64,000 nt of DNA from Styela clava (lineage: Eukaryota): positions 8,866,001 through 8,930,000 of the forward strand of contig NC_135260.1 of NCBI RefSeq assembly GCF_964204865.1, written 5' to 3'. Positions within the stretch are counted from its first letter, which is position 1; each line of letters begins with the position of its first letter. The notes beneath the pieces were generated by a model, which was not told the origin of the DNA, ran no database searches, and was given only the letters and a program-made list of their open reading frames with translations. Positions 36,001-50,741 of the stretch are shown here, piece by piece. Made by a program: the position numbers and the translations under genes.

Positions 36001-39000
36001 ACGATACATGATTGATCCCAACTTTTATCAAGTTCCTCCCACAGAATTCAAATACGACGAAGATGATGAAGATAACATTCTTATACAAGATGAAGTAAAA
36101 AGGTAAATATTCTCACAACTCTTTTTGTAAGATAGCTCGAAATAACGACAAACTTTGGTTTATAAACAGAGAAAGAGAGATAAAAGAACGGTCGCTAAAA
36201 GTGTAGGTGCACACTGCGGGCGTATGAACAGGATTTAGTCGTCAACCGATTAAAAAATGACTTTAGTAGACCGTTCCGACGTGACGGCTTTTTTTGTTAG
36301 CTATCGCATGCATATTCATTCGCCATCATCATCAGTTGTATTTGTATTATTATTTCAGAGATATCTGCAGCGTCGCTTCTTCGAAAACAATAATCGGACG
36401 TGCTGAGATGGACTACATTCATAAATATTTTTTTGAAGATAATCTGCCAGCTATTCAACAATATAAAACGACTGAAGATTCGAATAATTTAAAAACAAAA
36501 GAACCATCCTCACGTGTTTTTATGAGAATGCATGGTGAACAAGGAGTTCCACTGGATGCAGAGTCGCGTTTGAAGGTATCCGTCACGCAGGTCAGTATCC
36601 GACAGAACTTGTGAAAGACATATCTGACTCATACTTTGATTTTTGTACAAAGTATCTAAAAATTTCAATCGAATATATATTATAAATATATCTATAAACA
36701 CCACGTTTTATAAATATTTTAATAAAAATTGTTGATTGGTAATAAATCTAAGCAAGTCACTCGTACAAAATTTAATTAAAGCCTATATTATACTTAAAAC
36801 TTACATTAAAATTTATCGAATCGAAATTTTCCACGCTATAATAAATTCAGGCGCGACAATCTATGCAGTCAGAAATATCACATCAGACAGAAGTTCTATC
36901 TTCCATTTCTGGGATGACTATACAGAACTCACATGTGTCATCTTGTGGATACGATGCTGACGATTCTTCAGAAGATGACGAAGTTTCTAGTAACAAAGAA
37001 ACAAGTTCTTCATCTTTGAAATCTAAAACTCCAGGTACTGGTTACAGACAAACAATTGAGCAGATGTATTGGAGGAACAACAAATATAATTTAAGCTAAT
37101 TTCCCAAGTCCAAAATGAGAAAATTTACTCTATTCACAGATTCTCACCAATCGACGAGTCACGTGGACTCAGCTGTTTCTTCTAACTATCCCTCAAATAA
37201 TGACTTGTCGTCATCAAGTCGGATAACAAGCGGTATCAAAGGAGGAGTTCCAAAATCTTTAACATCGTCAAAGTCAACAGAGACATTTAAAATTATAAGT
37301 GAGCCTGGCACATCAGAAATGACAAGGAGCAGTGAAGTTGTGAATGACAAAATTCTGATTCGTAGTGATCACCAACAAACGTTTGCTGAGATTCTTACTT
37401 CTGATGAATTGTCAGGATTTGTATATCGATCCTTTTTGGCAACTAACGACGATTGTTCTTCTTTTGAAATTGATCGTTTGGATTCCACTTCAAGCCTTTC
37501 AACTACAACCAAAAGACGAAATAAATCAGGAAGCAAAAACTTCATAACAGACAAAAAAATCTTGATGGTTGTTTTGGATTTTTGGAGAGATGTGGAAGAG
37601 TATAGAAGGAAGTATTCCATGTTGGAAAGTCACGAACTTCAATATGAGGTAAAACTGCTCAAAACGTTACCAAGCTATTCAAACACAACAACATTTGTTT
37701 AGAATAGATCATAAACACTGTCAATTGAGCCTGATTTTTTCGATTGAGCAAATGCTCAACTTTGGTCAAACGTAATCGTGTATAATTTTAGAAATAGAAT
37801 CATGAAACCAGCGGCTCTGAATCCAGTATAGACTCAAACGAGATGCAGGCATTTGATTTTGCTCTTACTTAAGTTTTTCTTAAATTACCACTTTCCATTA
37901 TATGTCCCTCCAGATGAAAGCTGAGCGAAATGCACTTGACAGTCGTTTTTGAAGACATAGAATTGAGTAGAGTGTTCTTATCTACTATTCCCTTCTCGCT
38001 GCCTATGTGATATTGGTTGCGTATATACCGATCGTACATACGGATATTTTATGTCTTAAGTTAGCTATACACAAATTAATGTATATCAGTAGGCCAATTA
38101 AGTTCGGATTATTTCATCAGCCACCTTTCCCTCGTCGTAATCCAGAAGATAAGTGATCGCACTAATTTATTTTCTATCTTCTACTTACAGCATTGGGCGA
38201 TTATGCGAACTTATGTCTACTCGGAAATATTATCTGATTTGTTCTCGGTTTCTCATTTATTGAAAAATTTACATCAAGCACTGAAAAATTTACCATTCGG
38301 GGACCCTGCTTTATTCACTTCAAAACTACTGGATCTCCAAAACAATATTCAGCAGGTATGTGTAAAAGCAAGTATATATTTAATACAAATGCACACAAAT
38401 TAAAATATTATAAAACATAGTATAGTTTTGTAGATTGTTGTTTACAGCTATATTCAAATGAATTTTCAAATCTAAAGCAATAACTGATACGTCCAGAACT
38501 AGTCAGGATATTTACACCCTTTAACTATAGTATATTTGAAGCATTTTTGCAGTTTTTTATACATCGACTGCTTTTTGTTTTGGTACTTTAGGTGCTCGAA
38601 TCTGAATGGGTTCTTTTTGCATCAGAAGACAGATATAAGTTTCAGATATCTGTGGTAGGTATTCATTCTTGTTTTTTCACATAACTTCTGCTTAACTTGT
38701 AGTGTAGGTGGCCCAATCAATACAATTGTCGTTTTTTTTTTATAAAAATTAACAGAGACCTTTAGTATGGAAAATCGGAAGACGAAGAAGTTCGTTTCCC
38801 AGCTGTGTGGAAGAAGTTCGAAACATCCCGATATTCCGAGTAGAAAAATCATACAACGACCACAGCGACAACGATGCAAGAAAAAATACGGACAAAAGAA
38901 AAGTAATATATATATATATATTTCAGTTTAACATTTTTTTTTTTCATAGATAGCAAAAGTAGTATTAGAATTCCGTTTATCAAAGCCAATTCATATTACC

Positions 39001-42000
39001 CGCAGTATAGAAAAGTAATAATATTAGTATAATAAGCTTTTGAATTGGCAAGTTAGTATTAGTAAGCCACATCATCTTCTTTCATTCAACACCCTTTCAA
39101 ATTTAATTCATTGTAACACACACTCCGATCTTGCTCATTTTTCGAAAATTGTTTTTAAATATCGCTTGATATCACTAGTGTTATTTACATGAAGTGAGTA
39201 AATAAGCTTACCAGCGACCATCAATGAAGCTGTTTTCATTTAGGTATCGGTCCTGCAGTTTGTAGGCCTACTACAATCCAATTTCTTTTTAAGCGCAGTA
39301 CCGAATTTCTTTTCTCAGAGCTATATGCGACGTCAGTCACTTTCTGCGTTTCTCGGAAGCAGACAATCCTTCAGAATGAAATACAGGTCATCACGAGCTG
39401 TTCATCTCCTACTGATGTGTGTGAGAGGAGCCCCATACCCTTTTCACAAAATTTATGGGTACAGTAACAACGATCAAGATTGTGATGTTCGAGCTGATTT
39501 GGACAGCGACAGCGATGGTTCTTTGCTGCATGTGCCCAGGAGGAAGTATTATAGATGTAAGTCTATCATTTATTACATGTCAAACAAAGCTATTGTTCAG
39601 AGATCGAATATTGAAATATGTAGGGGTGAAAACATTTAAGATTCGCTGCACAAAAGTAATGCGTAATACGTTTAAAAAACTGCATTTTTGGCTTAACATT
39701 GCGCCTTTCCCTCTTTCAAGTGAGAGGTTGGTATTTTGCATTGTCCAGAAAAATGAAACAGTCTTTAAATTATTACGCAGCTACCACCACATATATCTGC
39801 CGATGGCGACCGTCAAAAAAAATCTTCCAAAAATGTGTTCAAATTCTATAGTTTTAGTTTCTTAATATAATTTCCAAAACATCAGTGATATTTTCCACAA
39901 TCTTGAACAAACTCTTTTTGTTTCTGCAGTTCCAAATATTGATTCAAAAATATTAGCAAAGATGAGTGCTAAAGAATATCCGAGACAAGGAATTGATTAC
40001 AGTAAATGCAAAGTAATACGTGTTGTAGAAAGACATCGAGTAAATAGGAAACCAATGTATCTACGTCCAATAACAAAAGGTGGAACTGTATTTGAAAGAC
40101 CATCAAAGAAACCCAAGTAATTTTTAATTTAAAATTTGCTCAAAATGGGAACATGGGAAAACAACGCGGTGTCTATAGGTGTGGTGTTGTACTTGTCTCC
40201 TCACCCACAGAAAATAGCATGAATTATACAGAATACTTATGCTGAATTTAACCATTTGCCACACGATATATATTTTTCCAAACTCAGAAGAGGGAGACAA
40301 GTGCCTAACAGTACGACAAGTGTGGTACACGTGTAGCAAAAGGGCAATTGTGGCACACGATATTTTTGAGGCACCACAAACAACTATAAATATGATATAT
40401 ATAAGTATTTTCCATCTAATTATTTTTTGTTTTTGTTAGAAATCTACTTGAAATTCTGCGAGATCCGACACATTTCATGTTTTTCAAACGTTACATGCGA
40501 ATGCAGAATTCAGAAGCTCCTTTGCTATTTTGGAAGAGTATTGATTTGTTGAAAAGAACCGATCATGCAGCTTCTCGACAAAGAAAAGCTCAAGGAATTA
40601 TGAAAAAGTTTTTTTCAAAAGCAGCGGGTGGAGGTAACTCGTTTCACTTTCCCATCAACTACTCAGTTTGCTATTGATCAATATGCTACATATATATTTA
40701 CTATGAGGTCCATTCTTCTTCTTTTCCATGAGTATTGCTTCATATCTCTTGATCGTCATTAGAGTTATTTCAAATAAACTATACATAGTTGTGTGGATAA
40801 TTGGTAAATAAAGTTTCTGCAAATAACGATGTTACGTACTAAAATTATATTTAACGTTAAGGTGTGCTTCTTCAATGTGATGACGAATTAATAAAAGAAA
40901 TCGGAAGAATAGAAAGCGTTACGACATCGATGCTGGTAGAGGCTCAAGGTCTGGTGTATGCGAGCATGGAAAAGAACTGGTATGTACGATTCTACTCTAT
41001 GAACAAAAGCACTATTTGGTGATCGGTAGACAAAAATAAGAATATAAATGTGTTCGATTCTTATGACCAGGGGTGCGCGATATTTGAGAACATTCCAAGA
41101 TGATGTAGAAGAGGAAGAAGAAAGGGAAGAAGAACATATACCTACTAATGATATTACTCAGGTTTGGGTTGATTTATAAGTAAACGTGCGATTATGTTTT
41201 TTTTAAATAAAATATTATGCACAAGTTTTTTCCAAGAATTTCAGTTACGTTGAATCTACTACCTCATATCTGTCTTCCTGATCGTTCAATAACACGCAAC
41301 TCAATGGTATCATTCTTTATATTTTCAATAGCTCTTGACACTTTATGGTCGCCCAAAAATTCGCTCAAAAACCAATGTTCTTTATTTATAAGTGAGAATA
41401 CGCGTCCCCTTTCTCTGAGCAAGTTTCCGTAAAATATTACAATATATAACTCTACAGGGATTCTGTCCTATCGGGTTATCAGCTTTGTTTTGTTTTTAAA
41501 GCTATTTCTCAATACCTGAAGCCATTTTGAACGAATCGTGAGTGACGCAGGAATTGGTCATGGCTCTTAGCGTGAAGTTACGGATGACGCAAAATAATGG
41601 CAATATAACGTAGAATCATAGATGATCCACTTACGCTTAGATAGGTGTACGCTTCAGCACGGTCGCTGTATGATTAAATCTACTCTTGTTCCTATGTATT
41701 TTCTCCTTTTCACTAAATCCTGATGAATAATCAACAATATATATTTCTATAACTTCGATTATTAAACTTGGCGCAAATTTTATTCCAGTCTCGACCTTGG
41801 AAAGTGTTCGGAGATTTTATTCGCCGAGGAGCAGCGTTTATGCGAGCAATGAGAAATAAAGTGATTTTAAAAGAATTTTGTAACTATTTGAAAAATCTAC
41901 CATCTAATGTTGATATCATGGCTACAGGAGGTTTGTAGACTTTTTCAGTCATGTAACACAACCTACCTATCGTTTTATTGGTTACCGTCTCTTTTTTCTC

Positions 42001-45000
42001 TGCATTTTCGATTTTGGTTTAAAAAGAGTTGAAATACAGCACTAACCAAGTTACATTGCTAATATGGTTTGAACACTTTTTTTGTTTAGAAAGCCCAATA
42101 ATCTGACATAATCATACCATTGCTAAATACAGATTATTTGCAGATGCGAGTAGCTCCGTGGAAATGTTTCAAACTGCTATCCTTAGGAACAACGATGATG
42201 ATGTGTCTCAACGTATAACTGTTCGTAAAATATTAAACAATCGTGTAGTGCTGGAACATGTTCAGAATGACTTACTTATGTGGATAGAAGTGGACAAGTA
42301 AGAAATTTTCGTTTATTACCTCAGAAACTGAAATGCCACTGTTGTCATGTAACGGACTGCCGGTAGCCATCGAATTTCTTAATTTCATAAATTTACAGTG
42401 TTGACTAAACTCTGCTTGATTTACTTACCTGGTTTTATTCTGTATAACTGCGGATCCTTACCACTTCACAATATAACCATGTGAATGACTAGATCACCTT
42501 CCAATTTCCCCAAACTAGTTTTCAGGACAGAAGCACTTTTGCTTCCAGTAAGTAATTCAATCGAAGAGGGAAATCCCCCATTCGTCTGCGGTCTGATGGC
42601 TCTTCATACAATCCTAAATAATCATATATTTCTAGTAAGATATTTTAGTTATATAATTCGGTAAAACCATATATACGGTACTTAGCGACAATAACAATAG
42701 TTCCGTAAATAAAATGCCTGATCTTCTTAGTTAGATATTAGAACCTTGCGTGTCGCTGCTCCATAACCAGCTTTTGTTCCCCACAGCTTTCTTCCCCAGT
42801 AAAACTGTATGATTATCTCTTTTTTTTAATATTGTATATGATTATTTTTTACTGGTTGGAAAAATAGACTTGACTTGAATCAAAATACACAAGCACACAA
42901 TTTTGTGTAGAAACTTCGGTTCTATGCGTGCACACACAAATCCTTCTAATAATAGTACATAATATGATCGTGTTAACTACATTGGTATCTGAGCTCAGAG
43001 TTCCGAACTCAGATAAGGGATACGCATATAACACAATATCACCAGCTCTTTCAGATTTGAAATTGCCTAAGCTGTGTCGAGTCTTTAAGTTGCCCGTGAA
43101 GTCTTTCTGAAACAAAAAAAAAATGAGGAAGCAACCTTTAATGAATCTTTTGCTCGAATTTCTTCGTCTTAGATTCAACACTCTTCTAGAAAATGCTCAG
43201 GCTCTGATGTTAAGTGGATGTAATGATAAAAGTGATCAAGAAATTGTCCGCGCAAAAGCACAAAAAATTATAGAATGCTTTTTTGATTCTCCTGTTTTAC
43301 CAAGATTGAGGGTGAGCTTCAGGTAGATTAGCCACAAAATAATTACACAAAGACAAATCTGAAAATAAGAAGAATAAGACGGAGTTTAAAAAAAATAACA
43401 GTGCAATTAGCAGATTGTCTTGCAAAGATAATTCGATGAAAGTCATAAAAATTGATATTTTGCTTGATTTCCATTCCATTTACAGCACTTTTCTTTTCGC
43501 AGGTAAATTCCAATACAGATGTTTCGAATAAACTAATTGAAGCTTATCACGCTGGAGAAATAGATCGAGCATTGTTTCATTATGCTGTTATATCCGTGTT
43601 TCCTCACTTGCTTCATTTCTGGAAAAAGTAAATATTTTTCATCAAAATTTCACGTAATTACTTGGAATCTTATGAAATTATATAGTTGTTATTTTCCTAT
43701 CATTAATGAATGCTAATATTATTATATTAATTTAATATCTTATTTATCAAATGGTTAAATATTCTATACTTATGCGAGGTGCTTCATTTGTATAGAAGGA
43801 GATTGCACTCATTACATTTCTAACTAAATGCCTAAAAATATTTTATCACCAACTTTGATCCTTTAGGGAAATTAAAATATTTTGTTTTTGTTTTTTAGAT
43901 ATCGAGAGGAAAAATTCTGTTATTTATCAAGAAAAGCAATTCGAATGAATAGACACGAAGAAGTAAAGCGAAGACGAGAGTCTATTAGCAGAAGAAGGAT
44001 AAGACATTTTAAAAGACTATTAAACATGAAAACATCAGAAAAGTCGTTAACAGATTTGAATGCAGGATTCCCAGATTACGTTCATGGACTAAGTCGATTG
44101 AAAAGTCCATTTGAAAGGGTTAAAGGCATAGTTCGTAAGTTGGTATTCCTTTTTTGTATCTGGTATTGCTCTATATCATTCAGCTTTGTTGTCCCTGTGA
44201 TATTTTGTAGTTATTAAAATAATAAATTATGATGTAAATATAGGATAACGATTATTTCAAGATTCAACCAATGGTTTGGCTTTGTAAATTTGCAAGCGTT
44301 GACCTTTTATATTCAATCTCAAAACTTCAATATTGAAAAATATAAAATAAAACCATTGTAAAGACATTAGACAGTTTTTTTTTAATTTATACAGATGACG
44401 ATCTTCCTACATTGCACTTTTCTTTGCAACATGGATTGAAATTTATCATTCCACCCAAACGAAAAATGAGTGGTCTTGAAGACTCGGAGGAGGAGGATGA
44501 AGGCATTTTTATGAAAGTTTGGACAAGGTTTGACACCTATATGTTTCTCACAATTTCCAAAACGCTGTTCATCCTTCATCTGTTTATTAAATTGGTTATT
44601 GGCTTAATGCTAAGTACTTGGCTTGTGTTTACATCAATTGCTGAAGTTAATAATATGAAACAGTTTTTATAACTTTGTTATATCTTTTTCAATAACAAGC
44701 ATTTACATATTGTAAGGTGATGAAGGTGACAATCCACAGGTATACAGCCCCCCCCGACTTTTTCATTAGTTGGAACAAGAATGGATATGTGGTCCCAATA
44801 GCCAGTGAAACTTGCAAAACCAGTGGCACTTCATTTCAAAATTTCACGAATCCCCACTGTTGATTGAGCTAACACAATCAATTTAATAAATCTATCTAGC
44901 CCTTTTCAATTTTTAAATATAGTGTATATTAAGGGAAGTAAAATAAATCAATATCTCAATTAACATACTTCCCATTGATAAACCCACAACCCATTTATTT

Positions 45001-45113
45001 ACAGACGCGCGAAGCCAGTCACCGTCCTCGGTGTCGGATCCAATCCAAAGCTACTTAATACAGAGGAACGGCAAAAGACCAATTACAACGTTAAATGTGA
45101 TTTAATGGACTGA
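33064..45113 (+). CDS. RGSL1: Large multi-RGS-like-domain protein (RGSL1/RGS22 family), over 20 exons; 3' end approximate
   Basis: Exons include 33064-33088, 34110-34475 (FCDYFNKYCFLPIFGQ), 34751-35050 (FWMDAE), 37140-37648 (LDFWRDVEEY), 40440-40633 (FFKRYM..LLFWKSID), 42144-42297 (NDLLMWIEVD), 43173-43311 (AQKIIECFFDSPVLPRLR) and 43503-43627 (IDRALFHYAVISVFPHLLHFWK). These match RGSL1 motifs as I recall them. Not every junction was resolved. Confidence 0.75.
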
Positions 45114-45559
45114 CTTTAACATGGATGTCGATAATACTCCAGTGACACATTATTATTTTCGACACAGGCTTTACAAATATTAGTCATCTTATGCCTTTTT
45201 CCACCATCGAGAAAATAAAAATATATCTTTTATCTAATTTACTTAAGGTGTATCCAGAAGTTGGGTATATAAACTCAATGCCGGTTCGGCTCGCGAAGTC
45301 AAAATTGTCTTTCAATTGAATTGATATTTGAATATCAGTGGATTCTGGCTTGGTCGTCGTCAGCAGCGAAAGGGGAAAACACATCATGAAAAACCTGGAT
45401 TAAAATATCTAAGAACAGTATTGCGCAGAGCTTTTCAGCCTTCTCAGGATGGTATTTACATATTTATTCCGGGGGAGAGAAAATCCGCTCAATAATATGA
45501 CGAACCACTGCTTCGCTTCCGGTTAACAGTTCATGTCGAATATGGAATTAGTTAACCAG

Positions 45560-47131
45560 CAGAGGCGTAGCTGAGGGGGGGCAGTGGGGTACATATGCCT
45601 CCGGGCGCCAAGGTACAGGGGCGCCAAAATGGGGCTTGCAAAAATTCACAACAAGGGTAAAAAACGGCCACAAGCAAGATCGCACCGGCGGCAGACATCT
45701 AGTCTTAGTACATGGCAAACTGCACACTTGGTCAGACCGCTTACGACTGCCGACGTCATCACGCACATAGCTCGCGCACGGTCAGATTTCCATCGTAATT
45801 ACATGGCCAAAAAATCTGGCCGGGAAACAAAGCAAAATTTGATTTGGTAACGTTAGGTAACAAAATGCACCGGGTTAGTTACGTGTTTCTGTATCGTTAA
45901 GTTCTTGCCTGCGCACTCCGATGTAAGTTGATATTAGTTCTGTGCTGGAGACAAACGGAAACATGTTTTGAGTAATACGTGGTTTTGTATTTCGTTGTTG
46001 TCAAAGTACCGTACTTTTCGGCAGAGTTACATAAAATATATTATACTGTGCTAAAAGACCCCAATGCTTTTGCAAATTTCTACGACACGGACATCAATGG
46101 CCACGAACTTTTCACCGAAATTGGAGATTGCAAAATGCTGCTCAGTAACAGAACTGAAGGTCAACCAGAAACTCCTTTGGCTCTTCTTGGTTTTATTGTG
46201 TCTTTTGGAAACGACGTTTTACCCAATCTGCGAATTTCTCTACAAATTTTGTTAACAATACCAGTTTCAATTGCAAGCTGTGAACGGTCTTTCAGCAAAT
46301 TGAAACTTATTTTGTTGAAAGAGAAACATTGGAAAAACAGATTTTGATGACGTGTTAACCAGTTTGCGACAGTGAAATTGCAAAAAATGAATTTATTGTA
46401 GACTATGTAAATCATCTTTGACAGTAACTGAGTGGGACATATGCTCTATTTTGTATAGCTTTGCTTCTTCTTTAAATAAAATGTTCCATTAAAATTTGAA
46501 TTTACGTATACATATATTTTTGAATAAATAATAAAATATATAAATACATATAAATTTGAATTCACATATCGTCACGCTAATAACCGAATTGCGTAAGTCA
46601 TTTTTGGCGGTTTTGAGTTTTTCATAAAATAGGTATTTATATAATGCTGCGCACCTGTCTGTTAACTGTTATTTTGAGAATTCTGAAACCCATAAAAATA
46701 GAGATTTTGTATGATATGCAAATTTGTTCAATTGTAATTGAAACAGATTAGGGATTTTGGATTGTTTGGTTTTCAGGACTGGTACATATAGTCAAGTTGC
46801 AAAATTGCGCATGTCCTCTAGTCATAGACACATTTTTGCCTAAGTCACAGTGCGCCATTATGACGTCACATGACTGCGTCATACAAATTAACTTAAATCC
46901 GGCTACGATCAAAAAGTTGAACTATGACAAATTAATGACTCTCAATGGCACAGCAATATCATTAGGAAGTTTATTTATGTTTTTCTCAAAACTGCTAAAA
47001 ATGACTTACGCAATTCGGTTATTAGCGTGACGATATACAATTAAATGTAATAGAAAACATGATTTAACGTGGGGGTCGGAGCGCCAATTTTATAGTTTAC
47101 CCCGGGCGCAAAATATGCTGGCTACGCCTTA
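45560..47131 (+). mobile_element. Internally deleted hAT element retaining a transposase C-terminal fragment
   Basis: Ends CAGAGGCGTAGC...GCTACGCCT, flanks TTAACCAG/ATAACCAG (7/8). ORF 45979-46347 has LPNLRISLQILLTIPVSIASCERSFSKLKLI (hAT dimerization domain). Confidence 0.85.
46570..47032. mobile_element. Complete MITE nested inside the hAT element
   Basis: TIR of about 48 bp (CGTCACGCTAATAACCGAATTGCGTAAGTCATTTTT...) with 2 mismatches, ATAT on both sides. Confidence 0.92.
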
Positions 47132-48230
47132 ATAACCAGGTATTTGTTTCGGATGCACGGACTTTATACAGCACCCAAAGTTTGAAACGATCTATCGACC
47201 CCAAGAATGCTGAGACGAAATTAAGTAGTATATATTATACTGACAAGCGGGTAACTAACAATTTATACGCAGTGTCCGCGGAGTATAGCCTTGTGAACAA
47301 ACAATGGCATGGATGAGCTGACAAGTGCACGGGTTTTAATCGGCATGCACACTTACTTCTCTAGTAGCCTACGGGAAAATACAAAAGTCAAGTGTTCGGA
47401 AAATCCTGTGGAGCATAGCGAAACCAAAGTTGACGGAATGCGGTGCAATTGGTTAGGTGTGTTGAGCATAATTTTATGTAAAAAGTTTATTTGCTATAGA
47501 TTCATTTATTATTATTGATGTTATCCAGGATACCTACAAATGACTGGAAGCTTGAACTAATTTCTGCCTCAGATTTTGGGCAAAATGACCCTCCTTTGCT
47601 TGATTAATCATAAAAATTATACAAAATTTAAAACTCATAATCAACAATCGAACAATAAATTATTATGAATATAACAATAATGAGAAGCATATAACTGTTT
47701 TGACAACGTTTTACACACTATATGTCCATGCCCCACACATATCATGTTGTCAAATCCGAGCTTTTTTCAGTGTCCATTCGTCAATCGAGTGATGTTAACA
47801 GGATTGCTGCTTAAGTAGCCTATGCCCTATGCCTATAACATTTATTAAATTGTCACACTCAGTAAACTCTCGCGTATTGGTGGCGCACCCCACAGTTTAG
47901 GAACCTCTGCATTAGACCACCAACTACTGAACCTCAGTAAATGAGTGCATTGGCCGCCAGTAATATAATATACTAGTAAGGTCTACATAAAAGTGATAAA
48001 ACCCAACCTAGAGCCAAAATTACCTAAATTCGGGTCGGAAAACATTATGACGAAACAAAGCAAGTGATTTCATCATTTTGCGGACGTTATAATGATGACG
48101 CAACAATGAATCAATTTTTTGTTTATTTCTAGTTGCTAACACGTGACAAGTACAAAATAAAATGCATAATTGGTCTTAACAACAATTGGCTGTATAGGGC
48201 GTAGATTTCACTCCATGGTAATTCACAAGG

Positions 48231-49836
48231 ATGGACCGAGGCCACCTGTCTACAACAGAACCTGCAGTAAATACTAATGAAATATCAAATGCTGTTATTA
48301 ATCATATACGTGGAACCGTATCACTGCAAAACGAAGTTCTTGCTCATATCAAACTGGTTACAGAAACGTTATTGAAAGTCAAAGATCGCGTAGAAAATAT
48401 GGTTAAATGTCTGGTCTGTGTTGAAGATGTTGAACCTTCGTCGTCGAGTTTAGCGGGTGATATAAAGCAGACCTGCTCTCGGCTGTATATTCTTGAACGC
48501 CACCGGGATGCTGAATCACGAAGACTTCAAGAAAAAGTTGTGAACATTTTCGGTGGACTTGTTGTGAAAGAAAGACAAGATAGAGCGCGGAATGAAATTG
48601 AAGAAATTCTGAAAGAGCTCAAACGTTGCATGTCTGAAGAGAGAAAATCAATGCGACAGTTGAGGAAATCGGCTTACCTGGATAGTAATGCTGAACCATT
48701 TCCCATGTTCCCCGCTGTTTTATCTCTGAAAACATCAAAAAGTACATCGTGGGATCTTGCAATGAAAAGAGCAAGTTGGAAAGAAGCTCACAATCAAGTC
48801 GAAAGCGTCTTTTTGAGACTTGATGAAAAGTGAGTTTCCGTTACATGAGATTTGTTAATGCGAAGTTCTTCAAGTATTTTGACTCCGCCAATATCGGAAG
48901 ATTCGCGTGTCTCTGTGTAGAATTAGTAAGATTTATTGATCTCAATACATCTATAGCACTTGAGAAGGGAATTTAGATAAGTATTTATATTGGTTATAGG
49001 GTCTAGGTTACGGAGTCGAGTCTGCCGCTTTCTAATTGGCACTGGGGAGATGGTCTCCTCAAATTTCATTCACGTTTTTTTGTCATCTCGGAATATATGT
49101 CAAAATTTTGCAATGGAATGAGACATGGTGTGTGTTGTTTAATCTGCTAACAGTTTGTTGAATTGAACTTCACCCGCCCCTCAGTAAAAGCTACATCTTC
49201 TGGAGTATCGTAAACATTTTGAAAATATTTTTGAATAATAATAAGGACGAGACATAGAATCATATAACTGTAGTGTTTGGCATTACATGTTTTTTTACTG
49301 GTCGCGCATTTACGTATGTTTTTCTTTTTAGGTTGAAAACGATGGAATTAGAAAAGGATAGAAAATTTCGAGAAATCATGAAATTGTATATTGAAATACA
49401 AATGGTGTTTCACGCAAATGCCTTGGAGTTACTTACGGATGCATTCGGCAAAGCTAATCCCAAATCCCGCAACGCTTCAGAGACAGAGGAAACGGACTGG
49501 CAAGCTACAAGAAAAGAATTAGGAATATCACATATCGAGACTTGTATAAATTCATATAAGTCAGAAGGAGAAAAGTTTTGTGAGAAACCGGTTGGGGAAA
49601 CAACAACAGACCCAACTAAACTCAATAATTCACCAAACGAAGAAGAAATAAATAAAGCTGGCAACTATGATCAAGATGTAAAAAACGATGACGATGATTA
49701 CCGAGCTGAAACTTTGCAACACGCGTTGTGTGCATCTCCGCAAATCAGCGATCAGTATGAACAGTCACCGCGAACACTGAGCTCGGAGTCTCTTGAGTCA
49801 GATGTGGTGCAATTTGCACGGGATAACATTAGTTAG
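48231..49836 (+). CDS. Divergent FAM92/CIBAR-like BAR-domain protein, 2 exons, about 367 aa
   Basis: Exons 48231-48829 and 49332-49836 join in phase (AA|G). RHRDAESRRLQEKVV and IEIQMVFHANALELLTDAF resemble FAM92 motifs (YRQAEVERLEAKVV; IEMLFHGKALEVYT). Acidic, disordered tail. Confidence 0.7.
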
Positions 49837-50741
49837 CTTGCAAATGGGAGACTATCCATTGCATTTATTTTGTACGATAATACAGTTATATATAATATAT
49901 ACTTAATTTATCCAGTGCGTCCGTCTTTCATTTGACTAAGTTTTGTCAAAACGCGAGACTTCGTTTTTCTGATTCAAAATTGGCGAAATATGGATGAAGT
50001 CTACTGCTACTTTCGGTTGCGGGTTGAGAAACATTTCTACTCTGGATTCGAATACATTTCTTTGAATCCGGTTGTCGATTTCGAATTTGAAAACTTAGCT
50101 TTTTTGAAGTATTATATGTATATTTTCTCAGATGTAACTCGAATTGCAGTATTTTTTGGGTTTCCTTTAATGACGTCACAACAAAATCGTGTGTATCACT
50201 AACAATGGAAAAGTTCAGTTCTGACAACAAATTTTACAAACCCTTTTAAACTTTTTAATAGAAAGCTACCATCTAAAGTTTAATTTTGCGTTAGCATAAT
50301 TGCCTTTTAAAATTGTCAAGTGTATAACCAATCAACTCCATCTTCATTACTCCGCAAATGGTAATAATTGAATCCCTTCGGCCCTCAATGGAGTATAGAT
50401 ATTTGGTTTTTGGTGTACCAACTTAAACGCAATGTATAAATGTTTATTTGATATTTATTATTCGATTGTATACTAAAAGAGTGTCTGTTTGTTATATTTA
50501 TGTTTCGCTTTGTAGACAAAAACGACATTTATTTCCCTTTTCTAGGAATTCGTACATCTTTGAAAATAAAGCAAAACATGCTACGATACATATATTTTAT
50601 TTTTCTGAAAACCTCGTTTAACAACAATGTACATGCAATTAACATAGACAGTCACAGCAGGCTATAATAAGTCATTTAAATAGATGTGCAAGTATGACTG
50701 ATGTTTGTCTTTAAATGCGGCGGTTCATAGTTTTATGCAAT

